From an uncultured archaeon (GTDB lineage Archaea; Thermoproteota; Bathyarchaeia; Bathyarchaeales; Bathycorpusculaceae), in the NCBI GenBank assembly GCA_963782915.1, contig CAWALK010000020.1, forward strand, positions 128,001 through 192,000: a stretch of 64,000 nt of DNA, given 5' to 3'. Below are positions 45,475 to 57,023 of this stretch, one piece after another. The notes beneath the pieces were generated by a model. That model saw only the letters and a list, made by a program, of their open reading frames with translations. It was not told where the DNA came from and searched no databases. Positions within the stretch are counted from its first letter, which is position 1. Every line of letters starts with the position of its first letter. Made by a program: the position numbers and the translations under genes.

Positions 45475-45648
45475 AAAAAACACCTTATTTCTAGTTGAAC
45501 GATGGTTGGTGCGGAATTTTAGATTATGTAGCTTCAAAATGTAATTACAAAGCTGTGCTGTTAGTCATCCTGCAAACAATGGGTAACCTTTCGTCTCAGC
45601 GTCTGCGTCCCTCATTATATAGCGCTCTAAAAGGTGCCATGACAGAAG

Positions 45649-45690
45649 CACTGTTGCTTTGCCGACCTACCCCCTCCCCTATATATAGAT
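45649..45690 (+). repeat. Dispersed element, right-end motif
   Basis: CTGTTGCTTTGCCGACCTACCCCCTCCCCTATATA resembles 44561-44600 and 9601-9635. Confidence 0.6.
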
Positions 45691-45702
45691 TCAACGGCAG
45701 GT

Positions 45703-46560
45703 TCAACTTTTGGTATTAGCCATCTTACGCCACATCACAACCATACCCACCGCCAAAACAGCAACCACCACAACCAACCCAACAATAGCGGCTCTTTCCC
45801 AATCAAGCCCCGTAAGCAGGTTTATTTGGGCATCCTGCGGGGTGGCTGTTGCTGTTGGATTCTGTGTAGGTGGCGCTGTTACGGTTGGGGTTGCTGTTGA
45901 TGATGCTGGCGTAGGTGAAGCTGTTGTTTCGGTAACTGTTACCTCTCCACTGCCGATGGTTAATGTCTGTGTAGGGCTCCAGTTTCCTACTTCACCGGTG
46001 AATCTGTAAACAGTCATTTCACCGCCAATTGGACTTGGACCCTGATAAGTTATGTCATCGTGTCCAATGAGTGCCTGCACTTGCACGTCTAAAGTGCCGC
46101 CGTTAAAAATCTGTCCTATTTGCCAATAGGGCAGAGTAACGATAGTATTGCCGGACTGTGAAGCTATGGCGTAGCTCCATCCATGCGATTTACTATCTTG
46201 GGGGTCTACTGGATAGTACTTCCACTCATTTTCGTAATGCCCCTTGAATCGGACATTGTAGTATAGTTTTGTCCAGTTGCCACTGGTATCCAAAGTTGAA
46301 GAAAACTGCGAAGTTTTAATTTCTGTAAAAATGGTTTTGTTGTATCCAGTGTATCCTTCCTGCTCAATCACTGTTTGCCCAGTATAGGGGTCTGTTTTGT
46401 ATGTTGGCTCTACGTTGTAGGCGTCAATGGAATACTTTACTGAGAATTCTGGTACTGGGGGTATCGGAGCTGAAGCGGATGCAGTTTGAACCATAATTAG
46501 ACTTGAAACTGCTAGGGCAAGGATAAACGCTATTGAGCAGACCTTACGCATGTTGGTCAT
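45703..46560 (-). CDS. Secreted, C-terminally anchored DPYTG-family surface protein
   Basis: Signal peptide, VPEFSV, TDPYTG, YYNVRFKGH, PT-rich linker, TM and basic tail. Confidence 0.75.
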   Translation of the reverse strand: MTNMRKVCSIAFILALAVSSLIMVQTASASAPIPPVPEFSVKYSIDAYNVEPTYKTDPYTGQTVIEQEGYTGYNKTIFTEIKTSQFSSTLDTSGNWTKLYYNVRFKGHYENEWKYYPVDPQDSKSHGWSYAIASQSGNTIVTLPYWQIGQIFNGGTLDVQVQALIGHDDITYQGPSPIGGEMTVYRFTGEVGNWSPTQTLTIGSGEVTVTETTASPTPASSTATPTVTAPPTQNPTATATPQDAQINLLTGLDWERAAIVGLVVVVAVLAVGMVVMWRKMANTKS

Positions 46561-47468
46561 ATTTTTCTTCTCCGTAAGAGCACAAGTGCAACGGCTAAAG
46601 CAGCAATTACACTGCATGCCACTGCAAGGGCGATATCTTTCCAAGCGAACCCTGATAGGACGTCAGTTTGTGTGTTGGGTTGGATGGGTGTTTGTGTGGG
46701 GTTCTGTGTAGGTTCAGCTGTAGGACTAGCGGTTGGTGTGGGCTGGATTGGCGAGGATGAAGGTGAAGCTGATGATTGGCTGATTGTGACTTCGCCGCTA
46801 CCAACGGTTATTGTTTTGGTGTTGCTCAACTCGCTGCATTCGCCGGTAAAAATATAGTAGTGAAGAACATCGCCCAGTTGGGAGGATGGAAGACCAATCC
46901 ACGTCTCGTTGATGCGTGTGGAGTAGCCGATGATTGCTTGAACCCTAAAATCCACTCGCCCGCCAATCGAAACGTTGCCGAGGGCATGGCTATATTTGTA
47001 TGTGATATCCGTACCGTTGTTTCCAGCTAAACTATATGCTATAACAGTATTCTCTGATTCAGAACTAGGAACACAGTAGCCAGTAGGGTATGAATCATAG
47101 ATTTTCCTATTTATGGCACCGCTATCCCAGTTTTCGATGTCCCAACTTTCAAAATGCCCTTTAAAGACAATGCGATAGTAAAGCCAAACAAGAGAGCCAT
47201 TTTCGTTGCGGTAGGAAGTGTAGGGTTGGTTTTTAATAATAACTTCAACTGAACTGTTCTGTACATGGTACCCAGCTTGTGTTATTACTGTTTTTCCTGT
47301 ATACGGGTCTGTATCATAGATTGCTGGGACATCATAGGAGTTGTCAACGTATCTTACGGTGAATTCTGGCACTGAAGGTTTAGGGACTGAGGCACATGCA
47401 GATTGAACCATAATTATGCTTGATGCTGTGAGGATTAGTATGAGTGCTAACGTGATTGTTCTGCTCAT
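46557..47468 (-). CDS. Secreted, C-terminally anchored DPYTG-family surface protein (paralogue)
   Basis: PSVPEFTV, TDPYTG, IKNQP, FKGH, VDFRVQA, PST linker, TM, RRRK. Confidence 0.78.
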   Translation of the reverse strand: MSRTITLALILILTASSIIMVQSACASVPKPSVPEFTVRYVDNSYDVPAIYDTDPYTGKTVITQAGYHVQNSSVEVIIKNQPYTSYRNENGSLVWLYYRIVFKGHFESWDIENWDSGAINRKIYDSYPTGYCVPSSESENTVIAYSLAGNNGTDITYKYSHALGNVSIGGRVDFRVQAIIGYSTRINETWIGLPSSQLGDVLHYYIFTGECSELSNTKTITVGSGEVTISQSSASPSSSPIQPTPTASPTAEPTQNPTQTPIQPNTQTDVLSGFAWKDIALAVACSVIAALAVALVLLRRRKI

Positions 47469-47595
47469 GTCGGTCTCTACTTGATTGTTGGTTTGGGTTT
47501 TGCATTAAAGGGTTCTTGTACAGGTTCCTTGACAAAGCTTAGTCCACAAACGTTGACAAAAACGCTTTTAACAAAACTTAACTCAAACTTAAACC

Positions 47596-49029
47596 ATGAA
47601 AGGCCAACGTGAATATACTGCTGTTCTTCTCACCATCTGCATAGCTGCCTTTTGCTTTACTGCACCAGTTACACTGGCAACGGCTCAAACGGTAAACCCC
47701 ACGAACGTAGGCGCTCAAACCACGCCACCCAGTTCTCCTGTTAATATCCTATGGAACACCACTATCCCATGGAACTTGGCAGATTCGCCTGCCAGCAGCC
47801 TAACGCAAGAGCAGATTCTCGGAAAGGACAGAATCTGGACAAAACCAGTAATCGCAGATGGAGTTGTATATGCAGGGCTCACTTCTATTGTCCACTATGG
47901 CAGGTATAATGGACCTGAAATAAGATGGGTCAATATCTACGCATTCGACGCCAAAAGTGGTCGCCAACTGTGGAGCTACCAAGCCAACTTCTATGAAGTT
48001 ACCAGCATAGCATTCTCAGAGGCAAGAGTCTGCTTTGGTTTACGATCAGGCTTTATCGAATACGCTGATTCAGTATCAGGTTTGTACGCTTTAGATGCAT
48101 CTAGCGGTGATTTGCTATGGAAAACCCCTTGCACCATTTTCTACTCAACCCCCGTTGCCCAAGACGGCAAAATCTTCTTAAACAGCTATCATTCGCTACT
48201 TGCCTTTGACAACACAGACGGCAGCATCCTTTGGAACTACACAACCAACGACTTTATTGGCAATGCGCCAGTGGTTTCCAACAACATAGTGTATGTATCG
48301 TCAAACGATCACACTTTTTATGCCCTAAAATCTGAGGACGGCACAAAGGCATGGAGCATCACCAACGACATGGGATTCTCAGAAGCCACCGTAGCCGACG
48401 GCGTGCTCTATCTACCATCAGATGACGGAAACATTTACACTCTCAACGCAGAAACAGGCGCAAAACTGAGGAGCTACCACACCACTTCCCCAGACTTTAA
48501 CTGGGCAAACTATACCTCACATTCAACCCCAATTTATCACGACGGCGTTCTGTACTTCTCAAGTCACTCAGGCCAGCATATCCACATCCAAAAGGACGGT
48601 CAACCAGACTTCTGTTATATGGCCGACAGGTACTCTGTCCTCGCCCTGGACGCTGGTAACGCAAATCAACTTTGGAACTTCACCGTCGACACTGACTTAT
48701 CGGGTTCACCTGTTTTGGTTGTCGATGGAACTGTATTTGCTGACAGCATCAGGGGTATCTTGGGTTATGACGCTGGAACAGGCGCTTTGGTCTGGAACTA
48801 TACAAATGGTGGTTCCTATGCTCAAACACCTCCAGTTATGGGCAACGGTGTTCTCTACTTGGGATTTGGAGACGGGCAAATCTGCGCTTTGGAAACTCCG
48901 AATGTGGAACATTCAAATGTAACCGAAGTAAGCAGCCAAGCGGTGGATTTAACCCCCTTAGCAGTCGTAGTGTTTGCGCTTTCCGCAACTCAGTCGCCGG
49001 GTTGCTTTTCCACCGAGGCAAACGTCTAA
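47596..49029 (+). CDS. Secreted PQQ-like beta-propeller repeat protein
   Basis: Signal peptide; repeated YAxDAxxGxxxW units. Confidence 0.85.
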   Translation: MKGQREYTAVLLTICIAAFCFTAPVTLATAQTVNPTNVGAQTTPPSSPVNILWNTTIPWNLADSPASSLTQEQILGKDRIWTKPVIADGVVYAGLTSIVHYGRYNGPEIRWVNIYAFDAKSGRQLWSYQANFYEVTSIAFSEARVCFGLRSGFIEYADSVSGLYALDASSGDLLWKTPCTIFYSTPVAQDGKIFLNSYHSLLAFDNTDGSILWNYTTNDFIGNAPVVSNNIVYVSSNDHTFYALKSEDGTKAWSITNDMGFSEATVADGVLYLPSDDGNIYTLNAETGAKLRSYHTTSPDFNWANYTSHSTPIYHDGVLYFSSHSGQHIHIQKDGQPDFCYMADRYSVLALDAGNANQLWNFTVDTDLSGSPVLVVDGTVFADSIRGILGYDAGTGALVWNYTNGGSYAQTPPVMGNGVLYLGFGDGQICALETPNVEHSNVTEVSSQAVDLTPLAVVVFALSATQSPGCFSTEANV

Positions 49030-49306
49030 CGCCAGACAAGTGAAAATTTTGCGGCTTGCCAGGTAATTTCTGACTCGTCACCCAACTGCATGACACCACA
49101 ATCTTTTTATTTGCACAGCGCTTACGTTTAAAACTAAAGTGGAGTTTAAAAGAGGCATGAACATGAGGGATCGTCACCTCCATAGCTGGGATCGACGGGT
49201 ATACGTCTTCTAATTCACCCAGGTTACCCTCTAAAGCCGCCACAATATTCTCGCAAACAATTTTTCGCTCAGACGAAAGTATATTCGACCAAATCTACAG
49301 GAGACC

Positions 49307-51023
49307 ATGTTTGATATGACTAAAATGAGCGGTGCTCAGGCACTACTAGAATCCCTTGAAAGACAAAAAGTGGATACAATCTTTGGCATCTTAGGCGGAG
49401 CTATTCTCCCGGTATACGATGCACTCTGCGGCAACACAAAAATCCGCCATATCCTCGCTCGACATGAGCAGTGTGCAGCACACGAAGCCGAAGGCTACGC
49501 TAAAGCAGGCGGAAGAGTCGGCGTTTGCATGGCTACATCCGGCCCCGGAGCCACCAACCTAGTAACGGGCATAGCGGACGCTTACATGGACTCCGTGCCC
49601 ATAGTTGCCCTAACAGGTCAAGTGCCGTCTTCAGGCGTCAACACATCCTACATGATTGGAAAAGACGCATTCCAAGAAGCAGACATCATCGGCATCGTCA
49701 CCGCAGTCACCAAATACAGTTACCAACCCAGAAACATCACTGAAATCCCAAGCATGGTCAACAACGCTTTCTATCTGGCAAGCAGCGGCAGACCCGGCCC
49801 AGTCCTAATTGACCTACCCAAAAACATCCAATCGGGAATCGCAGACGTGGAATTCTCCAACAAAATCAGCTTAAGAGGCTACAAACTAATCACTGAACCC
49901 GAACTATCCAAGATCAGTCAAGCCTCCGATTTGCTCGCAAAGGCTGAGAGGCCAATTATTCTGGCGGGCGGCGGAGTCATAACTTCAGGTGCATCCGACG
50001 AAATAGTGCAGATGTCAGATTTACTGATGGCGCCCGTTGCAACCACGTTTATGGGCAAAGGCGCATTCCCCGAAGTTCACCCATTATCTTTGGGCAGTAT
50101 AGGTATGCATGGTAACCCAGCTGCAAACAGGTTGATGGGCGAAGCAGATGTGCTCTTAGCAGTCGGAACCAGATTCAGTGACCGCGCAACCGCCAACTTG
50201 GATTCGTTTGCTCCCAACGCCAAAATAATCCACATCGAAATCGACAACGCAGAAATCAACAAGAACATAGAAGTCGATGTCCCAATCGTTGCAGACGCCA
50301 AAAAAACCCTAAAAATGCTCTTAGCAGCAACGAATAAGAAGCTGCAGAAGGGCGAAGGCACTGCATGGACTAAACGGGTTAAAGAAGCCAAAGAACAACT
50401 AAGCCCCCTACTAAAGGATCTGCCCACGGGACGTTGTTCCAAAACACTTACTAGCAGCACTACGCGAGTTGCTGCCTGAAAACGGCATCGTCACCACAGA
50501 AGTCGGCCAAAACCAAATGTGGAGCGCCCTATACTTCAAAGCCCTAAAACCCCGCACCTTCATCAGTTCAGGTGGGCTTGGAACCATGGGCTTCGGTTTC
50601 CCAGCAGCCATCGGAGCCAAAGTCGCATGCCCCAACCGACCCGTCGTGGACATCGCAGGCGACGGCAGCTTCATCATGAGCGAACAGGAATTAGCTTGCA
50701 GCGTCGAAGAAAACATCCCAGTCACAGTCATCGTCCTAAACAACCGCATATTGGGCATGGTGGCGCAGTGGCAACGCACACTCTACAACCGCCGCTACAA
50801 CGCAGTCAACTTAGGAAAAACACCTGACTTCGTCAAACTAGCAGAAGCATACGGAGCACAGGGCATTCGCGCAAACAGCATGGAAGAATTCCAAAAAGCA
50901 GTTAAGCAGGCGCTAACCAGTAAGGTTACAACAGTAATCGACGTTCCCATCGGTTCAGAGACGGATGTGGTTCCGTTTGTGCCGCCGGGCTGTGGATTAC
51001 CACAACAGAAGGGGGATTATTAA
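49307..51023 (+). CDS. ilvB: Acetolactate synthase large subunit (frameshift near 50430)
   Basis: RHEQ, TSGPGATN, GMHG, GTMGFG, GDGSF. Confidence 0.96.
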
Positions 51024-51535
51024 TGGAAGCAGGAAAAACCAAAGTTATATCCGTCCTAGTCGAAAACAAACCCGGTGTCCTACACATGATCGCCAACCTG
51101 TTCAGGCGCCGAAACTTTAACATCGAATCTATCACCGTCGGACCCACCGAACAAAAAGACATCGCACGCATGACCATAACAGTCAACGAAGACGAAAAAA
51201 CCGTAGACCAAGTCATAAAGCAAGTCGCCAAACAAATCGATGTCCTAAAAGTCGGCGAATTAGAACGAGGCAACTTTGTCATGCGCGAACTAGCGCTGGT
51301 AAAAGTCGCAGTTAAGGACTCAAAAGAACGCAGCGACATCATTAACTTCGTCGAAGTCTTCCGCGGTAGAATAATCGATGTCTCCACTGACAGTATAACA
51401 GTTGAAATCACAGGTGGCCCCGATAAAATCGATGCTTTCATGAACCTAATGAAAACCTTCGGTATTATCGAACTTGCAAGAACCGGCATAACAGCCTTAG
51501 CCCGAGGAGCAAAATCAATAAGAATCGACCAATAA
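51023..51535 (+). CDS. ilvN: Acetolactate synthase regulatory subunit
   Basis: VENKPGVL, RRNFNIESITV, ELARTG. Confidence 0.96.
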   Translation: MEAGKTKVISVLVENKPGVLHMIANLFRRRNFNIESITVGPTEQKDIARMTITVNEDEKTVDQVIKQVAKQIDVLKVGELERGNFVMRELALVKVAVKDSKERSDIINFVEVFRGRIIDVSTDSITVEITGGPDKIDAFMNLMKTFGIIELARTGITALARGAKSIRIDQ

Positions 51536-51632
51536 ACGGCTCGGACATAGCGGAAATACTTAATTGCCTCTTCTTTAGAATTTTGCCCTAATCATAGGTC
51601 TAACTGGATTAATAACAGGAAAAGATGCAACA

Positions 51633-52902
51633 ATGAACATTACCGAAAAAATCTTGGCTAAAGCATCCGGCAAAAAAGCCGTGCATCCAGGCGAAATCGT
51701 CGACGCAAACGTCGACATGGTCATGATACATGACTTAACTGGACCTTTAGCAGTTGAAGCCTTCAAAAAAATAGGCACCCCCAAAGTATGGGATAACAAA
51801 AAAGTAGTGGTAATTCTGGACCATCAGGTTCCAGCAGAATCAGTTAAGGCAGCGGAGCTTCATAAAACCATGAGGCAATTCGCTAAAGACCAAAACCTCC
51901 AAATCTACGATGTAGGCAGAGGCGGCATCTGTCACCAAGTCATGCCCGACAAAGGCCATGTAGTTCCGGGAGCAGTCATCGTTGGCGCAGACAGCCACAC
52001 CTGTACATATGGCGCATTCGGCGCATTCGCCACCGGCATCGGCTCAACAGAAGCAGCCGCAGTTATGGCAACCGGCAAAATCTGGTTCAAAATCCCAGAA
52101 GCTATCAAAATAACTGTTACAGGCAAATTCAAACCATACGTTACACCCAAAGACTTAGTCTTAGCCACAACCGGCCAATTGGGCGTAGACGGTGCAATCT
52201 ACAAAAGCTTAGAATTCACTGGCCCAACCATAAAAGAAATGACGGTTTCAGGCCGCATGACCCTGTGCAATATGGCAGTGGAAATGGGCGCCAAAAACGG
52301 TATAGTCGAACCCGACGAAACCACCAGCAAATACTTAGAGGGCAAAATCAAAAAAATGCCCAACCTAGACGCACTAAAAAGCGACTCAGACGCAGCAATA
52401 CAGCCAAACAGTAGAAATCGACGTCTCCAACATGGAACCCCAAGTCGCTTGTCCCTCATCAGTTGACAACGTTAAACCAGTCAGCAAAGTCGGCAACGTC
52501 AAAATCGACCAAGCCTTCATCGGATCCTGCACCAACGGCAGATTAGAAGACCTGCAGTTAGCTGCAAAAATCATGAAAGGCAAAAAAGTCGCCGACGGCG
52601 TTCGCGCATTAGTAATTCCTGCCTCTCAGGAAATCTATCAGCAAGCCGATAAAGAGGGTTTGCTGCAGATTTTCACGGAAGCAGGCGCAATCGTCTGCGG
52701 TTCAGCTTGCGGACCCTGCTTAGGAGGCCACATCGGCTTATTAGCAGCAGGCGAAACCTGTATCTCAACATCAAACCGCAACTTTATCGGCAGAATGGGC
52801 AGCACCCAAGCCAACGTCTACTTAGCGTCTCCTGCAACTGTTGCAGCATCTGCCATCGCAGGAAAAATCGTTGACCCAACAAAACAGGAGCGAAAAGCAT
52901 GA
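51633..52902 (+). CDS. leuC: 3-isopropylmalate dehydratase large subunit (frameshifted)
   Basis: DSHT, GSCTNGR, CGPCLG, SNRNF. Confidence 0.92.
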
Positions 52903-53400
52903 CCATAATCAAAGCTAAAGCAATCAAATTCGGCAACAACATCGACACAGACGTCATCTTACCAGGCAAATACCTAGTTCTGGTCGATCCCTGCGAATTA
53001 GGCAAACACGCACTGGAAAGCTTAGACACTAAATTCGTTGACAAAGCCAAAGCAGGCATAATCATAATCGGCGGCAAAAACTTTGGATGCGGCTCAAGCA
53101 GAGAACAAGCCCCCTTAGCATTGAAGTATGCAGGCGTAAAATGTGTCTTGGCAGAATCGTTTGCCCGCATATTCTACCGCAACAGCATAAACATCGGTTT
53201 ACCCGTCATCGAATGCAAAGGCATCTCCACAGCCGTAAACGAGGGCGACGAAGTCTCAGTCGATTTAGAAGCAGGCAAAATCCAAAACTTAACCAACAAA
53301 CAAACCTTGCAGGGAACCAAAATTGCCCCCATCTATCATGGAAGTCCTGGCAGATGGCGGATTAATTGAGAACTTACGTAAGAGGCTGAACAAAAAGTGA
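52899..53400 (+). CDS. leuD: 3-isopropylmalate dehydratase small subunit
   Basis: IDTDVI, NFGCGSSRE, FARIFYRN. Confidence 0.93.
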
Positions 53401-54428
53401 CTGAATACAAAATATCCCTAATGCCCGGCGACGGCATCGGTCCAGAATTAACAGAAGCAACCCTGAAAGTACTAGATGTGGTTCAGAAGAAATTCGGCAT
53501 AAAACTTGTTATGGTCACAGCTGACGCCGGCGATGCAGTATTTAAGAAGCAGGGTAAAGCCTTGCCAGAGGATAGTCTGCAGAAAATCAGGGACTCCCAA
53601 GCTTGCCTGAAAGGGCCGGTCGGAGAAACCGCCGCTGACGTCATAGTTAAACTACGCCAACTATTCGACTTATACGCAAACATTCGCCCGCTTAAGGCGT
53701 TTCCCAATGTGCCCGTTGCTTCCCCTAACATAGACATGGTTTTTGTCCGCGAAAACACCGAAGACGTCTACAAGGGATTAGAATTCACCATAGGCAACGA
53801 CACCACATTATGCTTACGAGTTATTACCCGCAAAAACTGTGAACGCATAGCCAAAAAAGCGTTCGAAACAGCACGCCTACGCAACGGCAAAAAGAAAGTC
53901 ACAGCTATCCATAAAGCAAACGTTATGCGCGTAACCGACGGCATGTTCAAAGCAATCTGCGCTGAAACCGCAAAACAATACCCCGACATAGCATACAACG
54001 AAATGTACGTTGACTCAGCCTCAATGCACTTAATTCGCAAACCAGACGACTTCGACGTCTTATGCACCTGTAACATGTTCGGCGACATCTTCTCCGACGA
54101 AGCAGCCCAACTAATCGGCGGCTTAGGCATGGCTCCAGGCGCAAACATAGGCGACAACTTCGCATTATTCGAACCCATCCACGGCTGCGCACCAGACATA
54201 GCAGGCAAACACATCGCAAACCCCCTATCCATGATACTCTCAGCCAAAATGATGCTCGAGTGGCTAGGCGAAAAATACAACGATTCTAAATGCTTAAAGG
54301 CAGCCGCCGCAATAGAAAAAGCAGCAGTAAAAACCTTAGCCAGTGGCGTAACCGTTCCGGATTTAGGAGGCAAAGCCACAACGATGCAAATGGCTGAAGC
54401 TATTGCTGCAGCGCTAACAGCAGCTTAA
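53397..54428 (+). CDS. leuB: 3-isopropylmalate dehydrogenase family
   Basis: GDGIGPE, RENTE, NMFGDIFSD, EPIHG. Confidence 0.9.
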   Translation: MTEYKISLMPGDGIGPELTEATLKVLDVVQKKFGIKLVMVTADAGDAVFKKQGKALPEDSLQKIRDSQACLKGPVGETAADVIVKLRQLFDLYANIRPLKAFPNVPVASPNIDMVFVRENTEDVYKGLEFTIGNDTTLCLRVITRKNCERIAKKAFETARLRNGKKKVTAIHKANVMRVTDGMFKAICAETAKQYPDIAYNEMYVDSASMHLIRKPDDFDVLCTCNMFGDIFSDEAAQLIGGLGMAPGANIGDNFALFEPIHGCAPDIAGKHIANPLSMILSAKMMLEWLGEKYNDSKCLKAAAAIEKAAVKTLASGVTVPDLGGKATTMQMAEAIAAALTAA

Positions 54429-54432
54429 GCTT

Positions 54433-55965
54433 GTGAAAACAATGACAACTCCAAACCCCCGATTTATCAAAATCTTAGATACAACCCTAAGAGATGGGGA
54501 ACAAACCCCCGGTGTTTCTTTAACAGCTGAAGACAAAATTGAGATTGCTCTCCAACTAAACAAATTAGGCGTTGATGTTATCGAGGCTGGGTTTCCAAGC
54601 AGCTCTGAGGGCGAACGTAAGGTTGTTAAAGAAATCGCCAAGTTAGGTTTAACTTCAGAAATCTGCGGTTTATCCCGATGCACAAGAAAGGATATTGATG
54701 CAGCACTCGAGTGCGACGTAGATTTAGTTCATGTTTTCATTCCGACTTCTCCAGTGCAGATGAAGCATGCTGTTAACATGACTCCCGAACAGGTACTGTC
54801 CGCCGCAGTGGACTCAATTGAGTACGTCAAGAAACATGGGGTAAAATGCGAATTCTCACCCATGGATGCAACACGCACCGAAAAGCCGTTCTTGCGGCAA
54901 ATCTGCTTAGCGGCTCAAGATGCAGGCATGGACAGCTTAAACACACCCGACACAGTCGGCTGCATGATACCCAGAACCACTTTTGAATTCTTCAAGGAGC
55001 TAAAAAGCTACATCAAGGTTCCGATCAGCGCTCACTGCCACAACGACTTCGGCTTAGCAGTCGCCAACAGTCTCGCAGCAGTCGAAGCAGGCGCAGACCA
55101 AGTCCACACAGCAGTCAACGGCTTAGGAGAACGGGCAGGCAACGCAGCCCTCGAAGAAGTAGTCACCACCCTGCATGTGGTTTACGGTTACAAGACAAAT
55201 ATTAACACACGCTTACTCTACAGCACAAGCCGTTTGGTCTCTTCATTAAGCGGCGTTTCAGTGCAAGTTAACAAAGCCATAGTCGGCGAGAACGCGTTTG
55301 CACACGAATCAGGCATACACACCCGAGGCGTAACAGAACAACCATTAACCTTCGAACCAATCAGCCCCGAATTAGTCGGGCGCACAAGAAAACTGGTTGC
55401 AGGCAAACTGGCAGGCACCCGAGGCATCCAAGCTGAACTCAGCGAAATAGGCATCCACCCAACAGACATCCAATTATCAGAAATCGTGAAGCGCGTCAAA
55501 GAACTCGGCGACAAAGGCAAAATGGTAACCGACGCAGACCTAATCGCTTTAACCTCAGCAGTCATGGGCGAAGTGATCGGGGAAGAAAAAATCGTTGACC
55601 TCTGCGACATGGCAGTCATCACAGGTATCAAAGTCATCCCAACCGCCTCAGTCCGCTTAATGCTCGACGGCAAAGAATACGTAGCCGCAGAAACAGGCGT
55701 CGGACCAGTCGATGCAGCCCTAAAAGCCATCCAGAAATTAACCAGCAACTTGGAGAAAATCCGCTTAAGCGAATACCGCCTCGAAGCCATCACAGGCGGC
55801 TCCAATGCCGTTGCAGAAGTAGTCATAAAAGTCGAAGACGAAAAAGGCAACATCATCTCAGCACGTGCAGCCAGAGAAGACATCGTCATGGCATCCGTTG
55901 AAGCAATGATAAACGGCATAAACAAGTGCCTCATAAAAAACCGTAGCCAAGGCAAGAAACAATGA
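54433..55965 (+). CDS. leuA: 2-isopropylmalate synthase (LeuA/CimA family)
   Basis: [23 protein letters not shown], allosteric domain; CimA not excluded. Confidence 0.8.
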   Translation: MKTMTTPNPRFIKILDTTLRDGEQTPGVSLTAEDKIEIALQLNKLGVDVIEAGFPSSSEGERKVVKEIAKLGLTSEICGLSRCTRKDIDAALECDVDLVHVFIPTSPVQMKHAVNMTPEQVLSAAVDSIEYVKKHGVKCEFSPMDATRTEKPFLRQICLAAQDAGMDSLNTPDTVGCMIPRTTFEFFKELKSYIKVPISAHCHNDFGLAVANSLAAVEAGADQVHTAVNGLGERAGNAALEEVVTTLHVVYGYKTNINTRLLYSTSRLVSSLSGVSVQVNKAIVGENAFAHESGIHTRGVTEQPLTFEPISPELVGRTRKLVAGKLAGTRGIQAELSEIGIHPTDIQLSEIVKRVKELGDKGKMVTDADLIALTSAVMGEVIGEEKIVDLCDMAVITGIKVIPTASVRLMLDGKEYVAAETGVGPVDAALKAIQKLTSNLEKIRLSEYRLEAITGGSNAVAEVVIKVEDEKGNIISARAAREDIVMASVEAMINGINKCLIKNRSQGKKQ

Positions 55966-56774
55966 AAGTAACTTATCAGGGCGAAACTGGTGCATACAGC
56001 GAAATGGCTGTCTACAAATTCTTTGGCAGCAAAGCTGAGCCTGTGCCCTGTAAGGACTTCCGAGACGTCTTCGAATCAGTTAAAACAGGTGCTGTCCCAG
56101 ACGGGGTGGTTCCGATTGAGAACTCGATTGAGGGCAGCGTCAACCAAAACTACGACCTCTTTTTAGCGTACGACCTTAAAGTCTGCGGTGAAGTCGCAGT
56201 AAAACTTGCCCATGTCCTAATCGCTAACCCACAAACAAAATTCGAAGACATCGAAACCGTCTATTCCCATCCCCAAGCATTAGGGCAATGCCGCAGCTAC
56301 CTTGAGCGGCACAAATGGGAAATCATCCCCGCCTACGACACCGCAGGAAGCGTCAAAATAATCAAAGAAAAACAACTCTTCAACGCAGCCGCCATAGCAA
56401 GCGAAAAAGCCGCCGACCTCTACGACATGAAAATCCTCGCCCGAGACATCGCCGACAACCCAACAAACTACACCCGCTTCCTCGTCCTCGCACACGAAGA
56501 CGCAGCCCCCACAGGCGACGACAAAACCTCCATCATATTCTCAGCCAAACACGCCCCAGGAACCCTCTACCATGCACTCGGCGAATTCGCCTCACGCAAC
56601 ATCAACTTAACAAGAATCGAATCCAGACCAACCAAAACCACTGCATGGCAATACAACTTCTACCTCGACTTTGAGGGGCACCGAACAGAGAAACGATGCG
56701 CAGAAGCACTGCAGGCACTGGAGAAATACGCTGTATTCGTAAAGATTCTGGGAAGCTACCCCAGAGTCATCTGA
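55962..56774 (+). CDS. pheA: Prephenate dehydratase
   Basis: PIENSIEG, SHPQALGQC, NYTRF, IESRP. Confidence 0.95.
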   Translation: MKVTYQGETGAYSEMAVYKFFGSKAEPVPCKDFRDVFESVKTGAVPDGVVPIENSIEGSVNQNYDLFLAYDLKVCGEVAVKLAHVLIANPQTKFEDIETVYSHPQALGQCRSYLERHKWEIIPAYDTAGSVKIIKEKQLFNAAAIASEKAADLYDMKILARDIADNPTNYTRFLVLAHEDAAPTGDDKTSIIFSAKHAPGTLYHALGEFASRNINLTRIESRPTKTTAWQYNFYLDFEGHRTEKRCAEALQALEKYAVFVKILGSYPRVI

Positions 56775-56855
56775 GGATTTTCTTTATTGACAATTAAATT
56801 GCTGTAACGTTAATGTTACATATGGCACAAAAAGGTTACAGCCTTTTCTGTAAGG

Positions 56856-57023
56856 TCACATCTCTACGGCAATGTCTACATAGGCTTCTCCGTCATAGAG
56901 AATCCCTTCCATGCCTCGATGTCTACCGCTTTTCATGATTAATCTTGGTCCTGAGACTTTTCGGGCAATGTAGACTATGCGTTTGCCGATTATGCCGTCG
57001 CCTTCGCTTGTCAGTGTTGTCAT
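56856..57023 (-). CDS. 55-aa hypothetical protein coupled to the upstream regulator
   Basis: MTTLTSEGDGIIGKRIVYIARKVSGPRLIMKSGRHRGMEGILYDGEAYVDIAVEM; ATGA overlap. Confidence 0.5.
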   Translation of the reverse strand: MTTLTSEGDGIIGKRIVYIARKVSGPRLIMKSGRHRGMEGILYDGEAYVDIAVEM

